A DNA stretch of 64,000 nt from positions 1-64,000 of the forward strand of contig CM082582.2 of NCBI GenBank assembly GCA_040954595.2. The letters are read 5' to 3'. Both the position numbers and the translations under genes were made by a program. The stretch's first letter is position 1, and each line of letters starts with the position of its first letter. Positions 52,323 to 64,000 of the stretch are shown piece after piece. Below the pieces are notes generated by a model. That model did not search any database and was not told where the DNA came from. It worked only from the letters and a program-made list of their open reading frames with translations. Source of the DNA: Balanoglossus misakiensis (lineage: Eukaryota; Animalia; Hemichordata).

Positions 52323-52617
52323 CTGTGGGATGTGCAGTCAAGATATTGTCAAAATTACAGAATCTACAAACTACACTCCACAGTCATGTACATGTATACA
52401 TGACAACAACCAAAGGGCTGTTTTGAAAAACCAAATGCTGTGAAATCCTTTAGAGTGTGACAAGAAACCACAGTTGCAACCGAAAACAAAAATAGTGATA
52501 ACATTAAGCTAGCCCAAAGTTTGAGTTACCAGGGCTTTAATATGTGTACCGTACTTATATTATATAATACATAACAAGTGTTTTGCATTGAATAAAATAA
52601 TATTGGTTTGTACTTAC

Positions 52618-55600
52618 GCATTGTACATGTGGCACCAGTGAAGCATTCGGTACACATACAGTCAAACAGGAAACAGCCGTCTCGCGCAACGCATGTGCCA
52701 CCATTTTGACAAGGCATAGAGTATAACTGATCAATGGCTGCCAAAACAAAAATGAAAGTATCAATTACCTGCTTGTCAAAAACTTGTACATGTACTTGTG
52801 ATGTTCATTTCGTTTAAATATGTGAGCAATGTCTTCATTCCTTGTTTCAAACCTGTACATTTAAAATAACATAATGATGCTATTGCTAGGATTTTTCTGT
52901 AAGAATCTTGAAAAATTAAAAAATGTGCCGTCAACATGATACAGAAGGCTTTCCTTTTTAACGTGCACCTCACACTCAATTTTGACCCTACATCAGCAAA
53001 TTTTGAAAGGATGAAACTTAGTAATGCTTCCACCCCATTTATTGGTGTATGGGTCCATCTATCACATTGAGAATACCAAAAATGAGGGTTTATATACCAC
53101 GCTGTGTCATAAAACAGTAATTCGACACACCTACTGCACAGATGGCCCCAGTCCAACACTACTGGCAGTAACAGGTGTAGTCAGTATAATAATTTGGTGT
53201 TTGGGAACAATAGCCTCCATTTTGACACGGATTCTGATCACATGGGTTAATGACTATCAGAAAAAAAATAGTTTAAGAAACATGAAATGCAGATGGCTAC
53301 ACCTCAACCAAAGATGATTCCTGCACCACAACAAAATCCTTTGACACAAGCATTATACTGGAACCATACCCAGAACACGCATTAAGTATATGATGAAGGG
53401 ACAATGTCTCTATTTTGGGTAATACAGTAAAACCTGTCTTTATGGACACCTCTCTAATCAGAACACCTAGTAAGATTGATTTTTCAAGCCAAATAGTAAG
53501 AATAATTAAGGACGTCTCTTTTACTTAATACTCAGATGTGTGCACCACCTTAGGAGAGATTACCTCATATGCACAATTATCTCTACAGACACTAGTCTTC
53601 AAGAGGCAACTCTTGTATATTTGAGTGATGAAAACATCCAGCTTCGTACACTTCCTCACAAGTTCGTGCCTATCCTAAATTGCACGGACATACAAATGAA
53701 ATTTCTGTTTTCTTTTCTCTTGTGGAAATTTTAGAAATGAGAAGTTACCACACAATTCAATTGCCATGAAGAGAAAGTGCCCAAAAGATTGTCATTTACG
53801 GTACGTCAGAAACTTACATATTTCACAACGGTTACCCTCATAGCAACCAGTACAGGCACAGGTATATGCCGTGCAGGAGTTGGCCACTGCATTACATACA
53901 GCCCCGTTGAGACAGCTGTTTCGCTGGCATGGATCTTGGACTGCAATAAAAAGTGCAACCTAATGTTATCTCAGCAATATTTACTTTCAAAATCTGTTTG
54001 ATAAAAACATCATCATTACCATTACTGTAAATACTGAACGGAACTTCACTTCCAAAAACAACTTGCTCATTCTGGGACGCACTTGTGGGGCTATGAAAAT
54101 CTCTGTATATGTATCTTGTGTAGGAAAAATTTTCATGAACGATCAACATTTTTTTCTTCAAATAAACATGTTTTCTTTCAGTTGTACATCATTTTTGAGG
54201 TGAACGATTCCCAAGGCCCAAGGTGTGATGCTGAAGATGAAAATATAAAGTATGACCAACAGACAATGTATTGAGACATGATTGTAAATGTTAGTTCCTG
54301 CATGACAAAATGTTTGTTTTAATGAGTTTTACACTGGCTGCAGTGTGTGCCGGTGAAACATCCTGGACAAGTACACTCATAAGTTGTACACGACAGCCGA
54401 GTACACTGCCCATTGTTCAGGCATGGACTTGGCCTACATGGAGTTTGTTCTGTTTCAATGGAATGAAAATAAATAAATAGTAGTGACATAAGTTTTTAGG
54501 GTATGACCATTTCCTTAATTCCTACAGCTGTGGTTCTATCGGGTTCTCCTATAACTAAGCCTCCTTAATGTATAACTGAACAATAAGAATTACTTATTAT
54601 ACTTTTGGGAGTTTAGGACTTAGTAATTGCAAAAAAGACTCAATTCCTGAAAGTGCCTATTTGGTTTGTCACATCCTAAATATACAGGTAATTTCATAGC
54701 TGCCAGCTATGACAAATATACCGGTATGAGGGGGGAAAAACAGTTCCTCGTCTGATAAATTTACCTTGGTCACAGGTGATTCCAATGATACAGCCTTGAC
54801 AGCGACAGGTAAACGCACTGCACGATCCACTGATTGGCTCACAGATACCGTTGTTCATGCACGGATTGGGAGAACATTGATCGAGTCCTGGGGGTTGCAT
54901 GTAAATCAACCAACAATTGCATATTAACATCACAAGTCATTTCACTATTTTTTCATTCCAAACTTAAAAGATTGCTTGTAACTTGCTGAACAAATATTCA
55001 TATGGACAGACTATTCTAGCTTGGAACAGGCAAAATCAAGGGTGCCCTGACGCCCAACTTTTAAGAGCAGTTCATTTACTGAAACTGCCAGCACCCAATA
55101 TTATCCCACATGTAATCAATATGTGGAAATCAAATACATCTGTAACAGTTTTAATTTACCATGTGGGTATTTGCATGGAGGGCCATGGTATTTGTTACCT
55201 ACTGATAAAATACCCTTCAAAACAATATCCTCATTTCTTCAGAAGTTTGGCAACAAGACCAATAAAGTTTCACATCAAAATTTACAATGTATAAATAAGC
55301 TTAAAAGATCTACGGAATGAAGATGGCTTGTTTGTTTGCAGGGTGTCTTGAAAGTATATACTCACTTGTTTGACCATGGACCCTAGAGAAAGAAGGACGC
55401 GCAACTCCATTTTTTTCTTGAAATGATGTTATTTTGCATACATTATTTCCAGATAAATCCCAATAATCCAATTTGCAAATAAACTGTGTATAAACTAACG
55501 CAAAGTCTCGTGTTTTGTGTGAAGTTATCACAACACCTCAGAACATCTCGCAGAAGACGAGAAAACTGCAACGTGGTTGAACGCAGCGATTATTTATGGA

Positions 55601-56374
55601 ACACATCTGGACAAGTTAAACAGGAATTTGAATCTGAGTCTGACAGCGTCCAAAACAAGCATCTTTTGTCTAACAGTCCGGGTATTTCACAAGGCTGTGA
55701 GCTAACCGTACCGAGGGTTGCCTGGCGGCCATAGCGCACACATGATAATCCACCCAGTTTGTTTACAAATTGTTTTCGTGAAATCTGTTTTATTGTTCAC
55801 GCACTGCGAAATAAAATGCCCCTAAACCACAATTTTTATTTCAATGCTTCACGCAAACATAAAATTATTACGAAAAGTGTCAGCGTTACTAAGAAATATG
55901 AGTGCCCAGTCGGACATGCAAAAAACATGGATGATTTGTTTACAATTTTTAAATGAAGCTTGTGGCACTAGAAATGACCGTTCAACCGACAGACGAACAC
56001 CAAACCATAATAATTAGCACAGACATCGTAATACTTTTAGAATTTTAGAAAAAAACGCAGTGGCTGCTGAAATGCAGTAGTGCCAGTTTGGTGGCAAGTT
56101 TTCGTATCACTGGTGGGGTCGACACGTGCCGAAGTAAGGAAGTCATTGTCCGACTGTCCTGGGTGTTAATTATATACAAAAAAACATCATCATACAGATA
56201 ATCCCCAAACCCTTTGATCTTTGCCGCAGTTGCTCGCCCTTCTTTCTCTAGGGTCTATGGTTTGACAGATGTCACCTGTGTAAGAGTTCACACACTGGCA
56301 TGAATAGAAATTGCACGATGTTTGCTGGCAAAATCCACCATTCATACATGGGTTGGGATCACAGGGGTTTTGCA
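52618..56374 (-). pseudogene. Duplicate EGF exons (52618-52737, 53818-53940, 54333-54449, 54765-54887, 56260-56374)
   Basis: Near-identical to the copy-1 exons and AG/GT-bounded. The 56260-56374 exon is interrupted by the P-like MITE. Confidence 0.8.
55375..56259. mobile_element. Duplicate of the P-like MITE (7-bp TSD gtttgac)
   Basis: Same TIRs and TSD as 37300-38184. Confidence 0.85.
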
Positions 56375-57136
56375 CTGGAAATTAAGAAAGGACGCCATTT
56401 TATTCCTTGCTACTCATTCTACAGTACAGATATGGCAAAAACCTTGCAGAATTATGGCAAGGGTGTGTGGAGTGATTGTGCCTACAACTTATATTAGGCT
56501 GGTATCAAGTTGTTCACACCTCCATAGATCACATGGCAGTGACTGTGAGGCAAGGGCTTCCCTTCATGAAATCAAAGACCTGTGTACTGGAGGAGGGTTC
56601 CTTGCAAATGCTTGACTTGACTTCAAGCACACCTGTAGACTCATATGTAAATTTACACTATCTGGCCTGGAGTGAGAATTTCCATAGTGGATGTGTGTTG
56701 ACAAAAGGCAGTAAAATTGGCCAGTCGCGCATAATGTTTCTTGAACCAAGACAATCAAGACATTATGCGCCAAGAAAGTGATTTTGAAGCTCAAGAAGTG
56801 CAGGTGACTGATGTTGACGTACCCCGGTGACGTACATGAAAAGTGAACAGACAGTTTTAAAATTCATCGGCTATTTGTACAAATATCTCAGCTCCTGTAC
56901 ATCAAGGAAACATTTCGTAGTGAAACAGTTATATATAACACAAAGTACCAGGGTTCTCTCCCACAGGCCGACTTCTCGTACTGGCCGAGACCGACTTCTC
57001 ATACTGGTTGACTTCTCAGGACACCATGTATAGCTAGCTGTTGAACTCAAAAAATATGTAAAACTACAAGTGATGTAAACAACTTGTGGAACCATGTTCA
57101 AATCGAGACAAGAAGAAAAGGGATTTCAAGACTTAC

Positions 57137-59778
57137 CTCCTTCAGCACTTTACTGCCCTGTAGCGCACTGTGTGACACTTGTAGTTGTGCATTCATAACC
57201 AGAAGGACGTGGCCGAACCTAGCGAGTATGAACCTATCACAGAAAAAATTCAAAGAACGATTTTTACCACCATGGTATGGTCCAACGATCCCTTATTAGA
57301 GAGATGTCCGTAATCACAGGTTTTACTGTACAATACCTCTTCAGTGGAATCATTGTGTTTTTCAAAGTGCATCACAATATCAACTCCAATAAGCATAACA
57401 GTTTAATTTTCTGTGTATGCCATGCTATAACACAGGGAAGTCACAAGAGTGATTTGCAGCCCAACTTACCAGTAACTGTTGAACAATCCACTACGGGTGA
57501 CATGGTTGGACACTTGGATCCCACTGGACGAGGCGTGCATGTGCCGTCGCCTTCCATAGCATATTCACCATTGCCACAGTCGAGCGGATCTTACATTGGA
57601 TCTGAACACGATTGTCCAGCAGGGCACAGAAGACAGGATGTGCGTGCAGGCTCCTCACTTATTTCATCTGATTAAAAAAAATGAGTTTTTTAGTGATGTA
57701 TTTGTGATACAGTGTCATTTAAAATAACAAATTACTTGAGATGATTCACTTCATAATTCTGAGACAAGTATACAGGCATGTAGAAAATTCTTTGGAGGAC
57801 ATTAAACGTCATTTCTAATCAACCATGTTCTGAATATCATAAGACTCTGCGAGATCTCACATGGCTAACCGGGTCTCGCAAGATCTCGCACTGAGTTGAT
57901 AATCTGTTGTAAACACATACATACATACACACACACACATACCCCCAGTCGCACTGACTTGAAAATCTGTTGTAAACACATACATGCATACACACATACC
58001 CCTCAGTTTCATCACACAGCAAACTGAACAAGTACCACAATCTTACCATTTGTACATCTGGTACAGTTTGTTGCACCAGCCAATGACACGTAACCCTTGG
58101 TACACTTGAATTGCAATGCACTGGGATCTATGCAGGCGTACCCTTGCTCACAAATAGTACAATGTTCAGCACCAGCTGATCTGTAAATCAAACAGAGAAT
58201 TTACACACCAAGTTAACCTTTGAATACCACTGTAAAAATTTGGTGCAAATTTTAATTATTTTCATAAATAGAGGTCTATTCAAATTTGGAAAAATTGTCA
58301 TTTTTTCATTCATATATTATATCAGTAAATTTTAAATACAGAAATAGAAAATGATCCCATCCTATTTTTCAGTTAGTAAATTACCTGACCTAATGTTTGA
58401 TGTTGGAAATAAAGGTGGGTGGGTAGAAGTTTACCTGTTATGCAAGAGGTACAGCGAGACATCCTTTGTCCAAGGCCGAACTGTAATAACCAGCCGAGCA
58501 TAAAATCACAGTGTTACCATTTGGACATTGGTTACCAGCTGGGCAATCAGCACATGATGTTTGTGCTGAAAATAAACAGAGATTTATAGAATCTTATAGT
58601 CACAGTCATACCTTCAAAGACGTGGGATTCTCACGCGGGTTGGGGAGACAAAAATCCCTGGCAAAAGATTGAGGACAGGAAAATGCCAATCCAGAGATAT
58701 TGGTAACAGAAACTGTGTACAGTCAATGCCATACGGCAGTGTGCTGTTCTAACAACAGACAAGATCGTGACGATCATAGTCTGTGTCGGAGATTTGGAAA
58801 AGAGCAAATTTGGTGAAAAGACGGGACAAAACAAAAGTCTACTTATACGATGCACATGAAAACTGGATGAAAGCGAAGCAGTCCACTATTTGAATGCATT
58901 GGATGTAAAATTGGCAGAATATTTGGACTGGACGTAATGTTTGTACGCACAGAATTACGTACATGCACATAAGATGATCGTCCGCCTTAAAGGCACGTAA
59001 GCTGCAACTGGATAAAAAAATTAAAGTTTTAAATAATCTCATATATGCTTTTAATTATGTCTATTAAATGATATTTCATGATAATATATCAAGCTCAACA
59101 CTTATTTATGACACAATGGCCAAAAATTAAAGAAAAAACGAAAATTCCTGCAATTTAAAAAAAAGTGCAATATTGCAATGAACAATGGAAATCTGATGTC
59201 TCAGTGGTGTACATTTACTTCCATGAGCTCAAGTGGATGAGATCATGTTTTGTTTAAGAAGTTTCCCAACCGGAAATGCAACATTTTCATTGTTTCTTGC
59301 ATTTTCCCAGGGTGGCGGCCATAATCGCTTGCGGCAAAGCTTTATTATTTATCTGGTTAAAACTTGCATATGCACTCATATTTAGGGTTTATAATGCTTG
59401 TGTATAGTTCACTGCCTTCATCTGCATGGACTAATGGTAGTGCAGTTTTAAACAAATATTATGAAAATTATCCCAAAAGTTACAGCTTACGTGCCTTTAA
59501 GTGAAAGATTACACAGTAATGCCCAAACTTTAAGTGCTGACTCACCATCTATATTAGTGTAGTATCCATCTTCACACACCTCTGGCTCCGACATACCATC
59601 ATATTGGCACTTATACCCGGGGCAGGACAAGGCGTACAGTCTATACTTCCATTGTTGGCAAAATATCCCAGTCCGCATTGTGTTGGTGATGAGAGGCTGG
59701 CTGTTCCACACATGAAACCCCTGGACACAGCGTGCATGCTTCAGAACATGCTGAACTTTAACTTCCAGCTGCGCAGTC
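57137..59778 (-). pseudogene. Duplicate GCC2/GCC3-repeat exons
   Basis: Exons at 57137-57233, 57470-57667, 58047-58180, 58435-58565 and 59546-59778, with the same stops as copy 1. Confidence 0.78.
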
Positions 59779-60741
59779 CTGTAGGAGTGAAGATGTCAAA
59801 TATTAAGGAGGTTTAGGAGCCCTCTAGCCAGCAAACTTCATCAAGGATGTACGTGCAGAACATAAACCGGAAACACTGCGTGTCCGGTCTTTTTCCCATA
59901 GGATTACATTGATAATCGCCAGAAAACAAACTTCTACTATTGTCATTTTCTCGAAATTTTACACATAGCTCAGTCCAGCAAATATAAATTCATTGGTCAA
60001 ATAAAATATAGGGGTCACCGCGCTCTTTTTTGAGATAAATTGCATTAAGAATTTTGGCCATAGACAAACAAACCATTGGTGAAAAATCAGTAGATTTCTT
60101 CTATTATCGACCAATTTCATGGCTCTGTATTTCAAAAACAAGCGGGGTGACCCCTATATTTTATTACGGATTTTCATTATACATACAAAAGAGAATAAAA
60201 AAATCCACAATTAAAAAAAATGACAATACTTTCCATTTTATTGAACGTACATCCTTAATGTTACTTAGGTAGTGGAGCACCAAAACCCAAATTTTCATAT
60301 CGATTGTGTATTTTGTGATAAAAGCACCAAACTTGGCTCAGATGTGTGTTAATGTGTACTGAACAAATTCAGATAGCGAGTCACTAAATATCTGTTGAAG
60401 AGTTTCCATGGCAACCAATTTTTTTTCAAAATGGCCGCAAATACAGATAATCACACCTGTTAAACATCAAAATAAATTCAGATTACAATATTTGAAACAA
60501 GAAACTACGGAAAGAATGGTTTGCAATAGAACTATGGTTATTAAACTACAAATGTACTTATAAGGGTAACTAAGGGATCAAAATACAGGTGCAACTTTCA
60601 ATCCCTGGTACTCGCATTAGTATAGGTGCTCCCCCTAGTCAAACATTACGGCTAGTTGCGATATTTAACTTGAAGTACGTAAATTACACACACACGAATC
60701 GCAACAGTTAGCGAGTCACTAAATATCTATTGAAGAGTGAC

Positions 60742-62723
60742 TATGCAGTATTCAAGATCCACCCTTTCCACAATACGTGTGAACTTCTACTCTCTACATG
60801 GAATGTCCGCTCAGCTAGATGCAAATCATTAGACATTGCAGACTACATCACAGATAAAGAAATTGATATTCTTGTACTCACTGAAACATGGTTGAAGGAA
60901 TCTGGTGACGAACACGTAATGGCTGAATGTACACCACCAGGCTATGCTGTCAAACATCTACCTGGGGTTGGCAAGATCGGTGGAGGCTTAGCTTAAATTC
61001 ACAAGCTAGCACTAAAATAAACAGCTTGGAAGCCTATTCTCTCTGTTAAATCTTTTGAGGCAGCGGAAGCAACTATTTTTCACCAGAAACTTTCCATGAA
61101 AATAATTCTTGCCTACCGTCCACCACCATCAGTTAATAATAAATTCACCGCACCACAGTTCATGGAAGAGTTCAGTACAACACTTGAGAAGTATGTCACC
61201 TGCTCAAGTAATCTCTTCATCGTAGGAGATTTCAATATTCACCTAGAAGATGATAAGAATCCAGTAACACAGAAATTCAATGGAATCATCAGCGCCTGTA
61301 ATCTGAAACAATGGGTCCAACAACCAACACACAGAAAGGGTCATACTCTTGATCTCATCTTATCTAACTCTGCGTCTAACATCAAGAGTGTCTCTGTAGA
61401 CTGCTTGGAACTCTCTGATCACAATCCTGTCAATGCAAAACTTGCTCTTCCGAAACCAACACACAGTAGACGTCAAATATCTTATCGTCATATCTGCCAT
61501 TTCAATTGATAGTTTCAGCCATGATCTCGACAAAATACATCAAATGTCCTAGCCTCCAAATGACCTCTCCTCAGCCATATCAGCTTATAACCAACCCGTC
61601 AGTCTCCATCTAAAACACGTGTACTTGATCTCATCCCTACAGCACTTGATAAGCAATGTCTTGGTAATCTGCTCACTATCATAGCCACAATTATCAATTT
61701 GTCACTCAAAACTGGAACTGTTCCTGAATAACTTAAAATAGCAGTCATCACACCAATATACTCAAGAAACCTTCGCTCGACAAAAACATTTTCAAGAACT
61801 ATAGACCAGTTTCAAACCTAACCTTCCTGTCAAAAGTAATCGGGAAGATTGTAGCACAACAACTGACATCATATTTGACTACCAACTCACTACAAGAACC
61901 ACTGCAGTCAGCGTACCGAAAGGATCACAGTACCGAAACAGCACTTACTAAAGTCAACAACAATATTTGTATGGCACTGGATGCCGGTAAATGTGTACTC
62001 ATGGTTCTCCTCGATCTCTCCTCTGTGTTTGATACCATAGATCACGACACAATCATCTCAAGGTTATCAAAACTGGGCATCACCAACATCGCACTACAAT
62101 GGTTCTCATCATATCTTAAGAACAGACAGCAGTTTGTATGGCACAATGTCAGAACCTCAATATCTACAATATGGAGTACCACACGGTTCAGTGCTTGGCC
62201 CACTTTTGTTCTGCAGCTATTTGTCACCACAACATCAATTTTCACCAATATGCCGATGACAACCAACTATACCAATATTTCTTCCAGTTAGACACCATAA
62301 GTACATTAGACAAGATGGAAAGGGCAGTTCACGAAATAAAAACCTGGATGACACATAATAAACTTCAACTCAATGGTGGCAAACCCGAGGTACTCCTGAT
62401 AAGGTCTCAGTTCAACCGCTCGCCTCGTCCCATAAACCACATGAGCATTGGATCATGTTGTGTTCAAATTGTGAATTCTGCACGGAATATAGGTGTGACA
62501 TTCGACGACAATTACACTTTCAATAAGCACATTAATGCAATTTGCAAGTCAATTTTCTTCCATCTGCGTCAAATCAGCCACATTCGCCGTTACCTCACTA
62601 AGGAAGTTTGCCAGATGCTGGTTCATGCTCTAATCACATCAAAACTGGACTACTGCAATGCAATACTCTGTGGTTTACCATCATCATGCATTCAACCGCT
62701 ACAGCATGCCCTGAATTCTGCAG
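60742..62723 (+). mobile_element. Duplicate degenerate L2/CR1-group LINE (APE + RT)
   Basis: Same motifs as copy 1, plus an extra ~23-bp deletion at ~62219. Confidence 0.92.
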
Positions 62724-63059
62724 CCACCATGGCCTCCTTCACAAAAACCTCACCAGACCCCATAATGCCTCCATCTCTTACACCACACCATATACCCACC
62801 ACAAATCCTAGCCATCACCCAACCTATCATAGCCCAAACAATCCAAACCCAATCAAAATTGACCCTAGCCCCACTTATCAAGCCATCAATGCTCAACGGC
62901 AACCCAAATAACACTTAACTTAAAGATTGGCATAAATCCAAACTCATACCACTGCCACCCCAAATATACTACACAAAGACTCAATCACGAACCAATACCT
63001 ACCATTTGTAGCAAATACACGACCAAAGATTTGATCCCATCTATCATCCATATATCATC
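62724..63059 (+). repeat. Duplicate ectopic repeat-B fragment
   Basis: Same as 46865-47200. Confidence 0.88.
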
Positions 63060-63243
63060 AGAAAGTTGGGACGATGAGCAATGGGGCAGAGACTGATCAT
63101 CAAAAATTTGAGACAGGGAATTCCAACAAATGAGATCATTAAGTTAAATATGCAAAGCAAATCAGAAAAGAGAATCAGAAGATTTTCTCCGAAGGACACC
63201 TTGCAAATTCATGATTGGAAAGACACTGCAGTCACATGTATAT

Positions 63244-64000
63244 TGTAGTGTCCAAACACTAGCGAGCATCTATACTTTATACATTCTGTAAAATGACGTA
63301 ATGCAACATTCGGGTCATTATGAATAAAGTGCGTGAATGAGGCTAGGCACTCTCACTCTTACATGCCGGACTTGGTGTCTCATGTTGTCATTATTGCCCA
63401 CCCACGATTCTATATTTGGCGACGAGGACGGAGAACATGGAGAATCAGCTAGCCGTCAATGCCGAGTTTTCCTGTTCATTCAGACCGGACAACCACCAGT
63501 ACGAGATGGAAAAAGTACATGGTTAGAGTAGAAAACGCATTTGTCGCATTCAACATTACAGATGACAAGCGACAACGTGCACTGCTATTGCACTGGGCAG
63601 GTGAGGAAGTTTCCGACTTCTTTGATACTCTACCAGATACAGGAACGAGCTGTGAAACAGCCAAATTAAAGCTTACGTCGTACTTCTCACCCAAACGGAA
63701 CATTGAATACGAACGATTCATCTTCAGAGACACCATACAAAACAACGGCGAATCGATTGATGCCTATCACACTTGTTTGCAACGCCTAGCAGAAACATAT
63801 GTGACTTCACCAATAAGGATCAAGAGGTCAAATCACAAATCATACGAGGATTCACATCAGCCCGTCTCAGACGTCGTGCTCTTTGGGAGGAGACGACACT
63901 AGAGAATCTACTGAGTACAGCCCGTTCATTTGAGGTATCAGAGGTTCAGGCTAGTGGGATTGAGGAGAAACCCCATAATAATGGTGCAGACACGGCATCT
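63244..64000 (+). mobile_element. Duplicate Gypsy LTR, PBS and gag (cut by window end)
   Basis: LTR 63244-63414, PBS tggcgacgagga, gag ORF 63459..63902. Confidence 0.9.

Larger units (their letters stand above)
32730..52331. repeat. Tandem segmental duplication, copy 1 (~19.6 kb)
   Basis: Homology to copy 2 starts at tgcagtcaag (32731 / 52333). Many identical ORF-track translations at offsets ~18075 and ~15885. Confidence 0.9.
52332..64000. repeat. Tandem segmental duplication, copy 2 (runs off the window)
   Basis: Collinear with 32730-48140. It lacks both TTAA MITEs and the segment 38713-40901. Confidence 0.92.

Overview
This is the end of a eukaryotic (invertebrate animal-like) chromosome, not a prokaryotic window. 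It begins with a ~3.84 kb (CCCTAA)n telomere containing a block of CCCTGA variants. A ~28 kb subtelomeric satellite complex follows, built from three repeat families: A, a 7-bp-periodic RGGTCAA satellite; B, a ~525/620-bp CA/GT-rich repeat; and C, an AT-rich ~1.4-kb higher-order repeat. They are arranged as a large imperfect fold-back, A>B>C> | <C<B<A, with the inversion point near 11,092. From ~32.3 kb there is a recent tandem segmental duplication (32.7-52.3 kb, and 52.3 kb to the window end). It carries minus-strand, largely pseudogenised exons of a multi-EGF gene with unusual 8-cysteine EGF modules and of a GCC2/GCC3 (ephrin-receptor-like) Cys-rich gene. It also carries a degenerate L2/CR1-type LINE fused to satellite B, a truncated Gypsy element, and several MITEs (TTAA Kolobok-like, P-like, pogo/Tigger, HINE-like). 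No complete intact protein-coding gene is visible. Coordinates were counted by eye and may be off by a few bases.
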